64,000 bases of DNA from Hyaloraphidium curvatum SAG 235-1 (Eukaryota > Fungi > Monoblepharomycota), in assembly GCA_025558095.1 (NCBI GenBank), contig JAIVFI010000029.1, positions 124,001-188,000 of the forward strand. The letters are read 5' to 3'. Positions 24,089 to 33,995 of this stretch are shown here, in pieces (positions within the stretch are counted from its first letter, which is position 1; each line of letters opens with the position of its first letter). The notes below the pieces were generated by a model that worked only from the letters and a program-made list of their open reading frames with translations, was not told the DNA's origin and did no database searches. Position numbers and translations under genes: made by a program.

Positions 24089-27000
24089 TCACGTCACGCC
24101 ATATACATTGAATTCGGGGAAGAGGGGAGGGGTTAGATGTCCGCCGAGCTGCCGGGTACAGGCTTCCTTGAACCTGTTCATAAGCTGTTGGCAACCCAGT
24201 ACGCGCCCCCGCTGAACAACGGCGCGTAGACGGCCGGTCTGGCGGGCCATGAGACCATCGACATCCCAGTCTTTGCCGTCGGATTTGGTGCGCGGGGGAG
24301 AGATCTCTCGAGACCAAACACGGAGCTGTTCGTCCGCCACGTCGTGCAGGCGGCCGAAGGTCGAGACCGCAAACCAAACGAGGTTGTGCACGGGGGGATC
24401 GGGAACGTAGAACTGGTTGGCAAGGGCCGTCGCCTTCTTCTGAACAGCGCGGCGCAGGAGCGAGGTCTCGTTGCGGGAGTCCGTCGAGCGCGAGGCCGTG
24501 ACGCTGGGGGTAACAACGGTGACGTCGACGAGGTCAGAACGAGCGCCCACGCGGCGGATGACGATGTCGGTCGAGGTTTTCCCGATGTCCAGGGCTCGTG
24601 CAAGTGTGGTGTCTTTGGGCACGAACCCATTCTCGAGGTAACCACGATGACGACGGTCGACGACCACGCCACGGGAGGCGAGCTTGTCCTTGAGCTCATC
24701 CGCCAACGCAGATTCAAGCGCATTGTGCCGCGCAACCTTGCCCATTATCGGGCACGTGAAGGCGTGCAGGAAGTCGGCTCCCCGCGGCGCAAGGATGCGT
24801 GTGACCTGCCTGCCACTGCCGTCGTCGACAGTGCACCCGAGCGGGCAGAGCATCTGCGATGGTAGGGCCGAGAGCCAAGGGGCAGGGAGACCGAGGTCGG
24901 TACAGATGTTCAGCTGCAACGCCTCGTCGTCCAGGCCGGTGTCCTTCTCCAAGCACTGCGCACCCAGGCAGGCACCCGAGTGGCCGGCCTTGACGCTAAG
25001 CCAGATGGCGCGCTGCTGGGAGCCCGCGGGAAGGTCCGCCAGAATGGCCTGGTGGATCCAGGCCAGCTGTGCCCGGTACAACTCGTGCTGCAGGCCTTTG
25101 GCGCCGATGGAAGCCATCCACAGCTCGATGCCCGACGCGGAGAGCGAGGCAAGCACGGGCTCGGCAAGCCCAGCGCCACGGACTGCGGTGAGCGCAAGGT
25201 CCAGGTCCGCGGTGAGCCGGCTAAGCACGTCCTCCGCGATGGTGTAGGAGTCACCGGCCCGGCGCAGCCCAATGAGGCGGCGTAACCGCACGCCAGAGAG
25301 CGCGTGGGCGCCGACGAACGCAAAGGGTGCGAGCCGGGCCAGTTCCAAGAAACCGATGCCGCCGCCATCGAGCCAGAGGAAGATGCGGCGGCGGAGCTGG
25401 CGGAGCAGGCTGTGAGACTGCCAACGCGCGTTGGGCAGGGCGGCGAGCTCTCCGTGGCCCGCAAGAAGAAGTAGGCCCCGCATGGTGCACCAGTCGACAG
25501 CGTCCACGTGGGGGATGGTCAACCGCGGAGGGAGACCGCGGACAACGTGGATGAGGCGGCTGGCCACGCAGAGGCGAAGCACGGTGTAAAGACCGTGGCG
25601 TTTTGGGAAGCCCACCTCGAGCGGCCACTCCTCGCACTTGTTTACCACGGTCCGAACCAGATCCATGGTCGAGTTGCATGCCTGCTTGAGAAACGATTCG
25701 ACATACTCAGGGGAGCCGACAGGGAGTCCACCAGCAAGGAACCCGCGCTCGACGGGGTTGGCGGCCTCGTTAACGCACGGGATGCCCGTGGCCGAGGCCC
25801 AGGTAGCCAGCGAGGCGTGGCCTTCGACCGGGGTGAGGAGCGAGGCGATGTCGGCCACGTACAGCGCGGATTTGCCGGGCTGGACAGCCAGCTGGTTTTC
25901 CTCCAGGACTTCAAGCAGCGAGACGTACGCGGCAACGACGGCTGCCGGGCGGCCCAGGATGTAGGTGTCGTCGTGCAGGGTGAGGATCCGTGTCGCCGGG
26001 TGCGCAGCACGCACTGCTGCCAACAGGAAACTGTAGACCACGTCGAAGACGACCCCGCTCTCCGACATGCCCTGGATCACGCCCTCGGCCGAAACGGCGA
26101 AGAACACTGCCTGGCCCAGGATGTCACGGTAGATGATCCGGCATGGCCCACCGTAGAAGGTCCGGAAGAAGGGAATCAGCGAGGGGAACTGGCGAACCCA
26201 ACGGAAGACCAGACGCCGCGGCAGGCAGTTGAACGCGTTTCTCAGGTCCAGCTTGAGCGCCACCAGCTCCGGGTCCATCGCCAGCAAGGCCTGGATCGTG
26301 CGATAGAGGAGTGCCGGACCATCGGGGACGTAGGAGCCCTGGTCGTCGGCATGGAGGAGCCAGCGAAAGCCGTCCGAGTTGGCAGAGTCGGGTGAGACGT
26401 GTTCCTTCAAGTAGTCCACGATCCACGATCCCGCCAGGCGGACCAGACAGAGGGCAATCCCGATGGGGCGCCCAGTTCCCGGCCGGCCTGGTTTCGAGAG
26501 CGCGACGCCGTTCATCGTGGAGATCCAACTCCGCAGGGAGGGTGCGAGGAAGGTGCCGGAAAAGACCAGGTCGATGAACTTCACTGGCGTGTGGAAGCGT
26601 ACCCGAGAGGCGTCCGCACGGCAGTTGAATTGGCGGAGGAGCCGGCGGTAGGACACACCATCGACGCCTTTGCCCGTCGTGCCAAGCTTCTGCAGGAGCA
26701 GGTCGTAGATCTTGACCCGCGTCTCCTCATCATCAGCACCCGGGAAGGCATCAGCCACGGTGGCCGCGGCGGGGAGGTCTGGAATGTCATGGTCCCCGTA
26801 CGGCTCCCGGTGGTTGAGGCGGCCCATCTCCGCCTCCACCCAGGGCTCCTTGGGGTCCAAGACCTCCACGTCGCTCGACAGCCGGTCGGCGGCCTTGCCA
26901 GGGAAGCCACGTCCGGCGAACTGCAGCGCCGCGTAGACCCGATCGCAGCGCCGGGCCTGCCGTGACTTGAAGTTGGGCCGGGACTGGAGGTGCGCGAGCA

Positions 27001-27730
27001 GGCCGGCACGCGAGAAGACGCGTCGCTTCCCGCACTCGTGGTACTTGGTGTTCAGGTCCGACAGGTACGTGGCGGCGGCTTCCACCGCGGCGGCATGCTC
27101 GTCCAAAGGAGCAGCACGCTGGGCATCGCCGGCCTTGACAACAGCATCCCACGCCTGGACGCAGTAGCCGTCGAAGGTCGCCATGGTCAGGCGATCGGGC
27201 CAGAGCGAGCGGTCCTCGGGGAGCGCGGTCAGAGGGGGCGAACCAGATGGCGATGCCGCCGGCGGCGGCGGGGTGGGGGGCGGGGCCGCGGCGACCGGGC
27301 CGGCTGCGAACTCAGCCGCCGAGGCCACGCGGGCGGGCCGTTGTACGTGGCACGGGTGACTGTGCCCGCCGTGGGCGGCGAGGAGGCGCCCGTCGCCGCC
27401 ATTGAACGCGTAGATGCGCCCGCGGTGGTCCGCGTGCGGGCAAAGCCCGTAGCGGAGCGAGGCAAGGTCTGCAATGGTGTCGTCCGTGATGGCAAGCTCC
27501 GTGTGGTGCCGATTCCAGTGGCGCGGGAACTGTTTGCGCTGGAAGGGCTGGGCGCAGTAGGGGCACCGGATCGTGGGCGCCGTGGGAGCGACGGCGCCGG
27601 GCAGAGGGGGAGTGGCCTCTGCGAGGGGCGGGTTTGGTTGATCCGCGGCAGACCCGCCCTGCTGCCCGAGTGGGTGGGGAGCGTCGAGGTCCATGGCATC
27701 CCCACCCGGGTCCCCCGCAGGGGCGCTCAT
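24089..27730 (-). CDS. Retroelement ORF2: C2H2 zinc finger, reverse transcriptase, zinc knuckle, REL endonuclease
   Basis: CPYC..HWNRHH; RPIGI, LKLDLRNAFN, GVIQG, LHDD and QPGKS; GGGIGF; CPLGC..HAFTC, RHN, STDIVI..DVTVV..KK and STFG. Confidence 0.92.
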   Translation of the reverse strand: MSAPAGDPGGDAMDLDAPHPLGQQGGSAADQPNPPLAEATPPLPGAVAPTAPTIRCPYCAQPFQRKQFPRHWNRHHTELAITDDTIADLASLRYGLCPHADHRGRIYAFNGGDGRLLAAHGGHSHPCHVQRPARVASAAEFAAGPVAAAPPPTPPPPAASPSGSPPLTALPEDRSLWPDRLTMATFDGYCVQAWDAVVKAGDAQRAAPLDEHAAAVEAAATYLSDLNTKYHECGKRRVFSRAGLLAHLQSRPNFKSRQARRCDRVYAALQFAGRGFPGKAADRLSSDVEVLDPKEPWVEAEMGRLNHREPYGDHDIPDLPAAATVADAFPGADDEETRVKIYDLLLQKLGTTGKGVDGVSYRRLLRQFNCRADASRVRFHTPVKFIDLVFSGTFLAPSLRSWISTMNGVALSKPGRPGTGRPIGIALCLVRLAGSWIVDYLKEHVSPDSANSDGFRWLLHADDQGSYVPDGPALLYRTIQALLAMDPELVALKLDLRNAFNCLPRRLVFRWVRQFPSLIPFFRTFYGGPCRIIYRDILGQAVFFAVSAEGVIQGMSESGVVFDVVYSFLLAAVRAAHPATRILTLHDDTYILGRPAAVVAAYVSLLEVLEENQLAVQPGKSALYVADIASLLTPVEGHASLATWASATGIPCVNEAANPVERGFLAGGLPVGSPEYVESFLKQACNSTMDLVRTVVNKCEEWPLEVGFPKRHGLYTVLRLCVASRLIHVVRGLPPRLTIPHVDAVDWCTMRGLLLLAGHGELAALPNARWQSHSLLRQLRRRIFLWLDGGGIGFLELARLAPFAFVGAHALSGVRLRRLIGLRRAGDSYTIAEDVLSRLTADLDLALTAVRGAGLAEPVLASLSASGIELWMASIGAKGLQHELYRAQLAWIHQAILADLPAGSQQRAIWLSVKAGHSGACLGAQCLEKDTGLDDEALQLNICTDLGLPAPWLSALPSQMLCPLGCTVDDGSGRQVTRILAPRGADFLHAFTCPIMGKVARHNALESALADELKDKLASRGVVVDRRHRGYLENGFVPKDTTLARALDIGKTSTDIVIRRVGARSDLVDVTVVTPSVTASRSTDSRNETSLLRRAVQKKATALANQFYVPDPPVHNLVWFAVSTFGRLHDVADEQLRVWSREISPPRTKSDGKDWDVDGLMARQTGRLRAVVQRGRVLGCQQLMNRFKEACTRQLGGHLTPPLFPEFNVYGVT

Positions 27731-28566
27731 GCCGAGTCGGCCCCGCCAGGGGCAGACCCGACACCAGTGCCACCCTGGCCGGGGCCGGTGGCGACCTCGG
27801 CGGCCTCCATCTCCACGTTCTCCTCGGCCCAGGTCAGTTTCTTCGCGTTGCTGGCCTCGGGCGGCACATCGTCCGACTTCCGCTTCCCTCTACCCGCGTC
27901 GGCCTCCAGGGTGGCAAGGGGGGAGAAGCGGTTCTCGAGCGGCACCGTGAGGGGCATTTGATTAGCAGTGGGCGGTGAGGTCGGGCGAGAAGGGTCACTT
28001 GCCGGAGACCCCGCCCCGGGTGCCACGGGAAGCCCGGGGGCGGGAGCGCGTCCGCCAGGGGAGCCTTCCGTGGCTGCCTGCCCCTGCGGTTGGGTCCTCG
28101 CGGACCCGTTGCCCTGGCGTCGTCCGCCCGATCCGCCCCGCTTCTTGGCCTTCCGACGCTTCCGCGGGGTTGCGGCGGCGGGTGCGGTGGTTGCGGCGGC
28201 GGCGGGGCGTCCGGCAGCGTGCTGCGGCGCGGCCGAAGGAGCGCGAGGAGCTGGGCGTGCTGCCGGGAGTGTGGGCGAGCGTAGCTTCACGATGATCTCT
28301 ATCGGCCGACTGCCGGGGATCGTGATGGGAAACTCGAGTCCTTTCGTTGCAAGGTGCTTTGCCAAGGCAATGGAGGAATCATCGACCGCGAACACGACGT
28401 CGAACGAGCACTCGGTGGAAAAGAGGCTGCCCGGGCGCATCACCATCTCCACAATGCGGAGCTGGGTGTACTCGCGAGCCAGTTCGCGGCAGAGCTGGAT
28501 GGTGGCGATGCCTTTGGCGCTGTCAGGGCTGAAGGGGAGGCCCGCGTTGGGAAGAGACATCACCAT
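27727..28566 (-). CDS. Retroelement ORF1 (putative nucleic-acid-binding protein)
   Basis: Basic RKRRKAKKR patch and the ENRFSPLA motif common in LINE ORF1 proteins. Its stop overlaps the ORF2 start (ATGA). Confidence 0.7.
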   Translation of the reverse strand: MVMSLPNAGLPFSPDSAKGIATIQLCRELAREYTQLRIVEMVMRPGSLFSTECSFDVVFAVDDSSIALAKHLATKGLEFPITIPGSRPIEIIVKLRSPTLPAARPAPRAPSAAPQHAAGRPAAAATTAPAAATPRKRRKAKKRGGSGGRRQGNGSARTQPQGQAATEGSPGGRAPAPGLPVAPGAGSPASDPSRPTSPPTANQMPLTVPLENRFSPLATLEADAGRGKRKSDDVPPEASNAKKLTWAEENVEMEAAEVATGPGQGGTGVGSAPGGADSA

Positions 28567-28801
28567 GCTCAAGGCACGTGAGGATGCGGGCTTCAGGAGG
28601 GGGACCAGCTTGCGGGGCCGGTCTTGAGCTTGAATGGCGAGGTGTCCCTCGCGAAGGACTTCGACGGCGTCACCGCTTGCTAGCTCCTCATTACAAGGGC
28701 GTCACCGCAAGCCGGACTCCTGACGCGCGGGGAGTCGAGTCGAGAACACAGAATACGGCAGACAGGTATCGCGCCGACGACAGTGGCGAGGAGAAGGCGC
28801 G

Positions 28802-29632
28802 ATGCCCCCGGAACGCCGCGTGATCCCGACCGCGACCGGACGCGTTGAGCTGCTGGCGGATGGCTCGGGCCCGCGGATTGTGCTGCTCCCTTCTCTCGGA
28901 CGCGGCGCGGAGGACTTTGGCGAGATTGCTCCGCGAATCGCTGCCGCTGGTTTTCGCGTTCTGCGGCCGGAACCGCGCGGCATCGGCGCGTCGGCTGGCC
29001 CGTCGGATGGGATCACCCTCGTCGACCTGGCAGCCGACGCCGTCGCCGCCCTCGCTGCGGACTGCGAGCCGGACCCACCGACCGCGTTGCTGGTGGCCGG
29101 TCACGCGTTCGGCAACTGGGTCGCCCGCGTGCTCGCACACCACTTCCCTGGCACCGTCCGCGGGGTCGCCCTCCTCGCCGCCTCAATCGCCCCCGAGATC
29201 GCGCCCGACATGCGTGCATCCATTGCCGCCAGCTCTGATACGTCGCTTCCCGACGCGGAGCGCCTCGCGCACCTCCGGCGGGCCTACTTTGCCCCTGGGA
29301 ACGACGCCTCGGTCTGGCTGGGGGGATGGCACCCTCCGGTGGCGAAGATGCAGCTCGCGGCGGCCAATGCGACGAAAGACGACGCATGGAAGACGATCGG
29401 GGAGCAGCTGCCGGTGCTCTACGTCGCGGCCGAGGCGGACGCGATCTCGCCGCCTCCGACGCCGGAGCAGCTGCGGGAATGGGTCGGCGCGCGGTCGGAG
29501 CTCGTCCATGTCGCGGAGGCAGGGCATGCACTTCTTCCGGAGCAGCCCGAGACGACGGCGGACGCGGTCATCGCCTTTGCTCGCAACCTTTCCTCCGCCT
29601 CGCTGCGCCCGACTGTCGCTCTGAGCGGTTGA
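28802..29632 (+). CDS. Alpha/beta hydrolase-fold protein with GHAFG (no nucleophilic Ser), intronless
   Basis: LLPSLGRG, PRGIG, GHAFGN, AEADAI and AGHALLPEQP motifs. Confidence 0.85.
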   Translation: MPPERRVIPTATGRVELLADGSGPRIVLLPSLGRGAEDFGEIAPRIAAAGFRVLRPEPRGIGASAGPSDGITLVDLAADAVAALAADCEPDPPTALLVAGHAFGNWVARVLAHHFPGTVRGVALLAASIAPEIAPDMRASIAASSDTSLPDAERLAHLRRAYFAPGNDASVWLGGWHPPVAKMQLAAANATKDDAWKTIGEQLPVLYVAAEADAISPPPTPEQLREWVGARSELVHVAEAGHALLPEQPETTADAVIAFARNLSSASLRPTVALSG

Positions 29633-29677
29633 CGGCGTCGGGGTGAGCCCGGGAACGGCGGTGCCCTGCCCGACTCA

Positions 29678-29836
29678 CTAGCCCCAGCGAATGGACGTAG
29701 ACCATGGTTTCGGGGTCGGCCGCGAGCTTCCACGCCCACAGAAAGTCGCTCATCTCGCCCGTGGTGCCCAGGTTGGCGTTGCAGCCCTCAACCCAGGTGC
29801 GGAACACGGAGACCACCTGCTGTCGGTGAGCGGCAT
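29678..29836 (-). pseudogene. Possible frameshifted 5' fragment of a small gene
   Basis: MPLTD-(frameshift)-QVVSVFRTWVEGCNANLG...YVHSLGL followed by a GTGAGT donor. No downstream exon is evident outside the hydrolase gene. Confidence 0.3.
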
Positions 29837-30232
29837 CTCGGTTTCGGTCGTTGTTGCCAGTGTAGCTGCCGAGGTGTGGCTTGGGGTCAAAATGAAAAAG
29901 CAGGATTCGATCGGCCGTGTCGACGTCGACTCATCCATCGTGCATCATGCATCGCACGCACCATGGAAGAGGGCAAGATGTTAGAGGTCAGAGGCGCGAA
30001 GGCAAGGATAAAAGAGCAACACATACGCCGTCTGATTCAAGTGATTCATCCATCGCTGTCTTCGACGCCGAATGCGGGTTTCAATCTCGACTGATCGAAA
30101 CACTGGCTTGACAAGGCGGTAACGATTTTTCGGATCTCGCGAAGGCCGACCACGTGGCGGCCCGAGTGGGCACGGCGAGCGGCAAGCGGCGATGGGGAGC
30201 GATGGGATTTCGGGGCGGCGGCGGTCAAACAA

Positions 30233-31240
30233 ATGGCCCTCGACGTCGCGAGGACGCCGTTGGCGCTCGCCGCCTGCCTCGCGGTGCTGCTGTACCTTTT
30301 GGCGGGCGGCGCGCCGCGATGCGACTGCCCCGCGGCCGCGCCGTGCCCGCTCGCCGTTTCCGTCGCGACTGCCCCGGCCGAAGTCACGCCGCCGCCCCCA
30401 CCGCCCCCACCGCCCGCGCCGCCGCCCCGCCCGTCGGTCGGCTTCTTCCTCAAGTTCTACGAGACCAAAACCGAAACCGTGTCGAACTGGCTCTCCCTCA
30501 TCGACCAGGCCGCCGCGGCCAACGTCCCCGTTTACATATGGATCGAATCCAAGAAGGACTTTGCCACGATGGACCTCCCCCGCACCGACTACGTGCGCTA
30601 CATCACCCACGCGAACAAGCACCACTTCAACGCCAACATCACCTCGCTCGAAAAGCGCGTGCACGCGTTCTGGGTCGCCTCGGGGATGGACTCGCACGCG
30701 CCGCACTGCCAGGCCCACGTGAAGAGCTTCTTCCTCACCAAGGAGGATTACATCGTGCACATCGACGGCGACGACATGTACTACGAGCCCGGACTGGTGC
30801 TGGAGGACATATTGTCGGTCGTGGACCACATGGAGGCCAACGGAATCGACGCCATGAGCCGGCCCTATTGGATCGCGGTCGGGGAGGGTTGGTCCTTCGG
30901 CTTCGTGATCCAACGGCGCAGCCTCCTCGGCAAGACCTATGTCCTCGACGGCCCCGAAAACCTGCCGGCCCAGTACCGGGGCGAGGGCCTGGTGCAGACC
31001 CGCAAGTCGCTCGACAAATCGTGGATCAAGGTCGGCAACCTGGACCTCTTCTTTGGCGCCATTCTGATCCAGCGGCTGCGGTGGGGGTACCGGGACCTGT
31101 TCTTCCACTTTGCGAGGCACCCGTACTGGAGCAACAGCCAAAACCCGGCGCAGACGTGGATCAACACCAACCGCACGAGGATCTTCTGCGAGCAATACGG
31201 GATCAAAGCTTTCCCCCTGGAGGGTGCTGCTGCGCGGTGA
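30233..31240 (+). CDS. Type II membrane glycosyltransferase-like protein (GT-A, DxD motif), intronless
   Basis: Signal anchor, Pro-rich stem and YIVHIDGDDM motif. Confidence 0.6.
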   Translation: MALDVARTPLALAACLAVLLYLLAGGAPRCDCPAAAPCPLAVSVATAPAEVTPPPPPPPPPAPPPRPSVGFFLKFYETKTETVSNWLSLIDQAAAANVPVYIWIESKKDFATMDLPRTDYVRYITHANKHHFNANITSLEKRVHAFWVASGMDSHAPHCQAHVKSFFLTKEDYIVHIDGDDMYYEPGLVLEDILSVVDHMEANGIDAMSRPYWIAVGEGWSFGFVIQRRSLLGKTYVLDGPENLPAQYRGEGLVQTRKSLDKSWIKVGNLDLFFGAILIQRLRWGYRDLFFHFARHPYWSNSQNPAQTWINTNRTRIFCEQYGIKAFPLEGAAAR

Positions 31241-31298
31241 AGCTACGGAGCACGGGACGGCAATCCTGCAAACGGTGCTGGGCCCGATCTACGTCCTT

Positions 31299-32958
31299 TC
31301 AGGTTGCGGGACACACGGTCTCGAGCGTCGCCCGCACCCCCAGCCCCCTCGCCACCCCCCACACCGCGAACCCCACCGTCGCAACCGTCACCAAGAGAGT
31401 CCTCAGGCCCCCCTTGGTGACCGCGACCCCCGCCACCCGGGCCCTCGCCGCCTCCCCCGCCCGCGCTAGGGCGTGCAACGCTTCCGCGTGCCGCGCGAGC
31501 TCCCCCTCCGCCTGCACCCGCGCTTCGTTGCGGGGGAATGATGCGGAGAGCGCGAGCAAGCCGCGGGCGTGTAGCGCGGCCTCGGACTGCAGCCCCGAAA
31601 GGTGGTCGATGGAGGCGTTGGAGGCGGCGATGAGGAAGAGCCCGAAAAAGGCGAGGAAGAGGTTGAAGAGGAGGTGCGCGGGAATCCAGAAGGGGACGCA
31701 GGGGCCCGAGGCCTGCGCGGGAATGGTCAGCGGAGCCGCGGGGCGGGGGAGATGGGGCACGCACCGCGACGAGCAGGGTTGGGACCACGAGCATTCCGAT
31801 CCGCCCCAGGCCCATGTAGACGTAGAAGAAGAGGGAATAATGCACGGCTTTCCAGCGGGGCTCGAGGTTCCAGTGGAGCACCGCGTAGAGCTGCGGCGTG
31901 CCCGGATCGGCCTCCGCCCCCGCGGTCGCACCAACCCCATATTCGCCGTCCCGACCACCGGACGGCGGGAGTAACAGCTTTCGCCGGTACGACTCCAGCA
32001 GATCGTCCAGCGCGATGCACGTCGCCCTGGCGTGGAGCCTCCGCGACAGTTGCAGCAGCGGCTCCGTGGGCACGCCCATGGTGTAGAAGGCCAGAATCGC
32101 CCCCAGGTGTACAGCCCCCACGAGGGCGAGGACGAGCATCACGGCGCTCCAAGCGGCGGTCCACGAGGAGCCGGCGAGGGTGACCATCGCGGTGTATGGC
32201 TCCGCCAAACCGCCCGAGACGAGTTCCAGGAAAACCTGCAGGGCCGCGAGCGCGAGCACCGAAGGGGTCCAGCGCTGCCAGAGGTCTCCGGCGCATCCGG
32301 GGCGGGGACAGCTGCACTCCGCGTCGCCCTCGACGTGCGCTAGCAGCCGCTCGTCCAGCGAGGTCTTGGCGCCAGGGTCGTCACCGACGCCGCGCTGCGC
32401 GAGCTCGTCGTACCGCGCGACCACGGATGCGGGATAAAAGTCGACGGGAGCGTCCCGGTTCTCGGCCAGCGGCCTCCATGGCTCCCACCACCGCAGCTTG
32501 AGGTTGGACCGCGGCACTGTGGCCGTGAAGTATACCAGCATGTAGAAGCCGATGTAGTACAGGCCCAGGGCGGCGGACCCGAAGGCCTTGGAGGACGTCG
32601 AGAACAACCCGCCGTCGCTAAAGACCCACAGCGGCGCGATGCACGCTGCCAGCCTGACAAGCATTGTCAGCGTGAACTCGGGCAGGCCGAAATTGACGCG
32701 CTCCCAGTAGAGGTAGTCGAGCCCGCGGAACAGCAGCCGCGGGGCGGTGCCGACGTAGCGGTAAAGCCGCGGGCGCGTCATCGGGTCCGCCTCTCGCGCT
32801 GCGGCGGCGGGGTCGGCGGGGCGGATGGTGCGCGCGAGCGGGGAGCCGGGAGACGCCGGCGACGGGAGGAGGGCGAGCCACGCGCGGGGGGAGAAGGAAG
32901 GCGCGGCGGAAGCCGCGGGGGCGTCGCGGAGCATGCTGCCTTCGTCCGCGGAGGCCAT
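31299..32958 (-). CDS. Multi-pass membrane protein of an unrecognised family with a CxCxxxxC motif; 2 exons
   Basis: Intron 31764-31713, several TM segments, ECSCPRPGCAG. A paralogous remnant lies at 42046-42900. Confidence 0.7.
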
Positions 32959-33357
32959 TTGCCGGCGGAACAGTTCGAAATGTTTTGGCGGGGCGGGAAC
33001 GTTCGATTCAGAATCAGGGAGTTGTCGGTCCCCAGGCCCAAGGTGTCGTCCCCACTGACGTGTCCAAGCGGACCATGCAGGATGTTCGATGAAGTCGCGG
33101 CGGTAGACGAAGACCGCTCCTCGAGTCCGCACTCCGTTGAGGCTGGGATACAAGGGCCTCAAGTGCATCCGTCCTGTCGTCTCGCTCGTCCGGAGGCGCA
33201 ATGTCCGACCCCGTCTGGTGGTGGATGGCTCCCCGCACGTGGTTGACCTAAAGACGCACTCTTTCGTGCCCTATTGACCGTTTTCGCCCAGGAGCAGGCA
33301 CCCACAGTGAGACCTCTCAGGCCCGAAAACACGAAACGCCAGCTCATCACCCTGAAG

Positions 33358-33937
33358 ATGCTTTCTTCCGCGCTCTCGCTCCGCCTCCGTGCGAGGGCAC
33401 TGCCGCTGGTTCAACAAAGCACGCGATACTCCGCCATCGGGTTGGTTCCCTCGCCCGCCCTGTTCTGCGCTCGACCGCGCCGGCCGACACCCCGAGTGAC
33501 GTGGACTCCTGCCGTCCGGCCCCAGCTACGGCAACAAGCAGTGCACCACCGACCCCGGAAGCTCCACGGCCGCCGAAGCCATCGGCAGGGAACGCGGTCC
33601 CGAAGGCGGCAAACCCGAGCCCGCCGCTCCGACCGAAGGCCAGAAGCTACCCCGCGGGGACGACAGATCGCAGTCCAACGACGGCACCTCCCTCTCCGGC
33701 ACCCCCGAGCCCGCGAGGCCGCTGGCGGACGAGGAGGTGGGGTACGGGGGAGGGGTGGGGACGGTGCGGGATACGGGGGAAAAGGAAGTCTACCAGAGGA
33801 AGCCGCAGGACCAGATGGTGGGTTCAGACAATTCGCGTGGGCAGAAAGCGTTGCTTATTCGGCGTGCCGCGCACCAGCCGGGCAGGACGGACGGGAAGGA
33901 CAAGAGACCAGGGGCGGGGATGGGTCCCAAGTACTGA
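33358..33937 (+). CDS. Small hydrophilic protein with a predicted mitochondrial presequence; 2 exons
   Basis: MLSSALSLRLRARALPL; intron 33441-33525 joins a Gly/Glu/Pro-rich frame ending GMGPKY. Confidence 0.55.
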
Positions 33938-33995
33938 GTGACGTGTCCCATTCGAATCGCTGTCCGTGCTATGAAGAAGGAAAACAATGTCGTTC

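Larger units (their letters stand above)
23914..28710 (-). mobile_element. Non-LTR retrotransposon, CRE-like clade (RT plus restriction-enzyme-like endonuclease), two ORFs; ends approximate
   Basis: Intronless ORF1 and ORF2, a ~175-nt 3' UTR ending in (CTTCTAGAT)x2, no LTRs and no APE domain. Confidence 0.88.

Noticed and set aside
24089-27730. Group II intron, retron, DGR or telomerase RT
   Set aside because: The C-terminal zinc knuckle with REL nuclease, the N-terminal C2H2 finger and the upstream ORF1 indicate a non-LTR retrotransposon. No domain V, msr/msd or TR/VR pair was seen.
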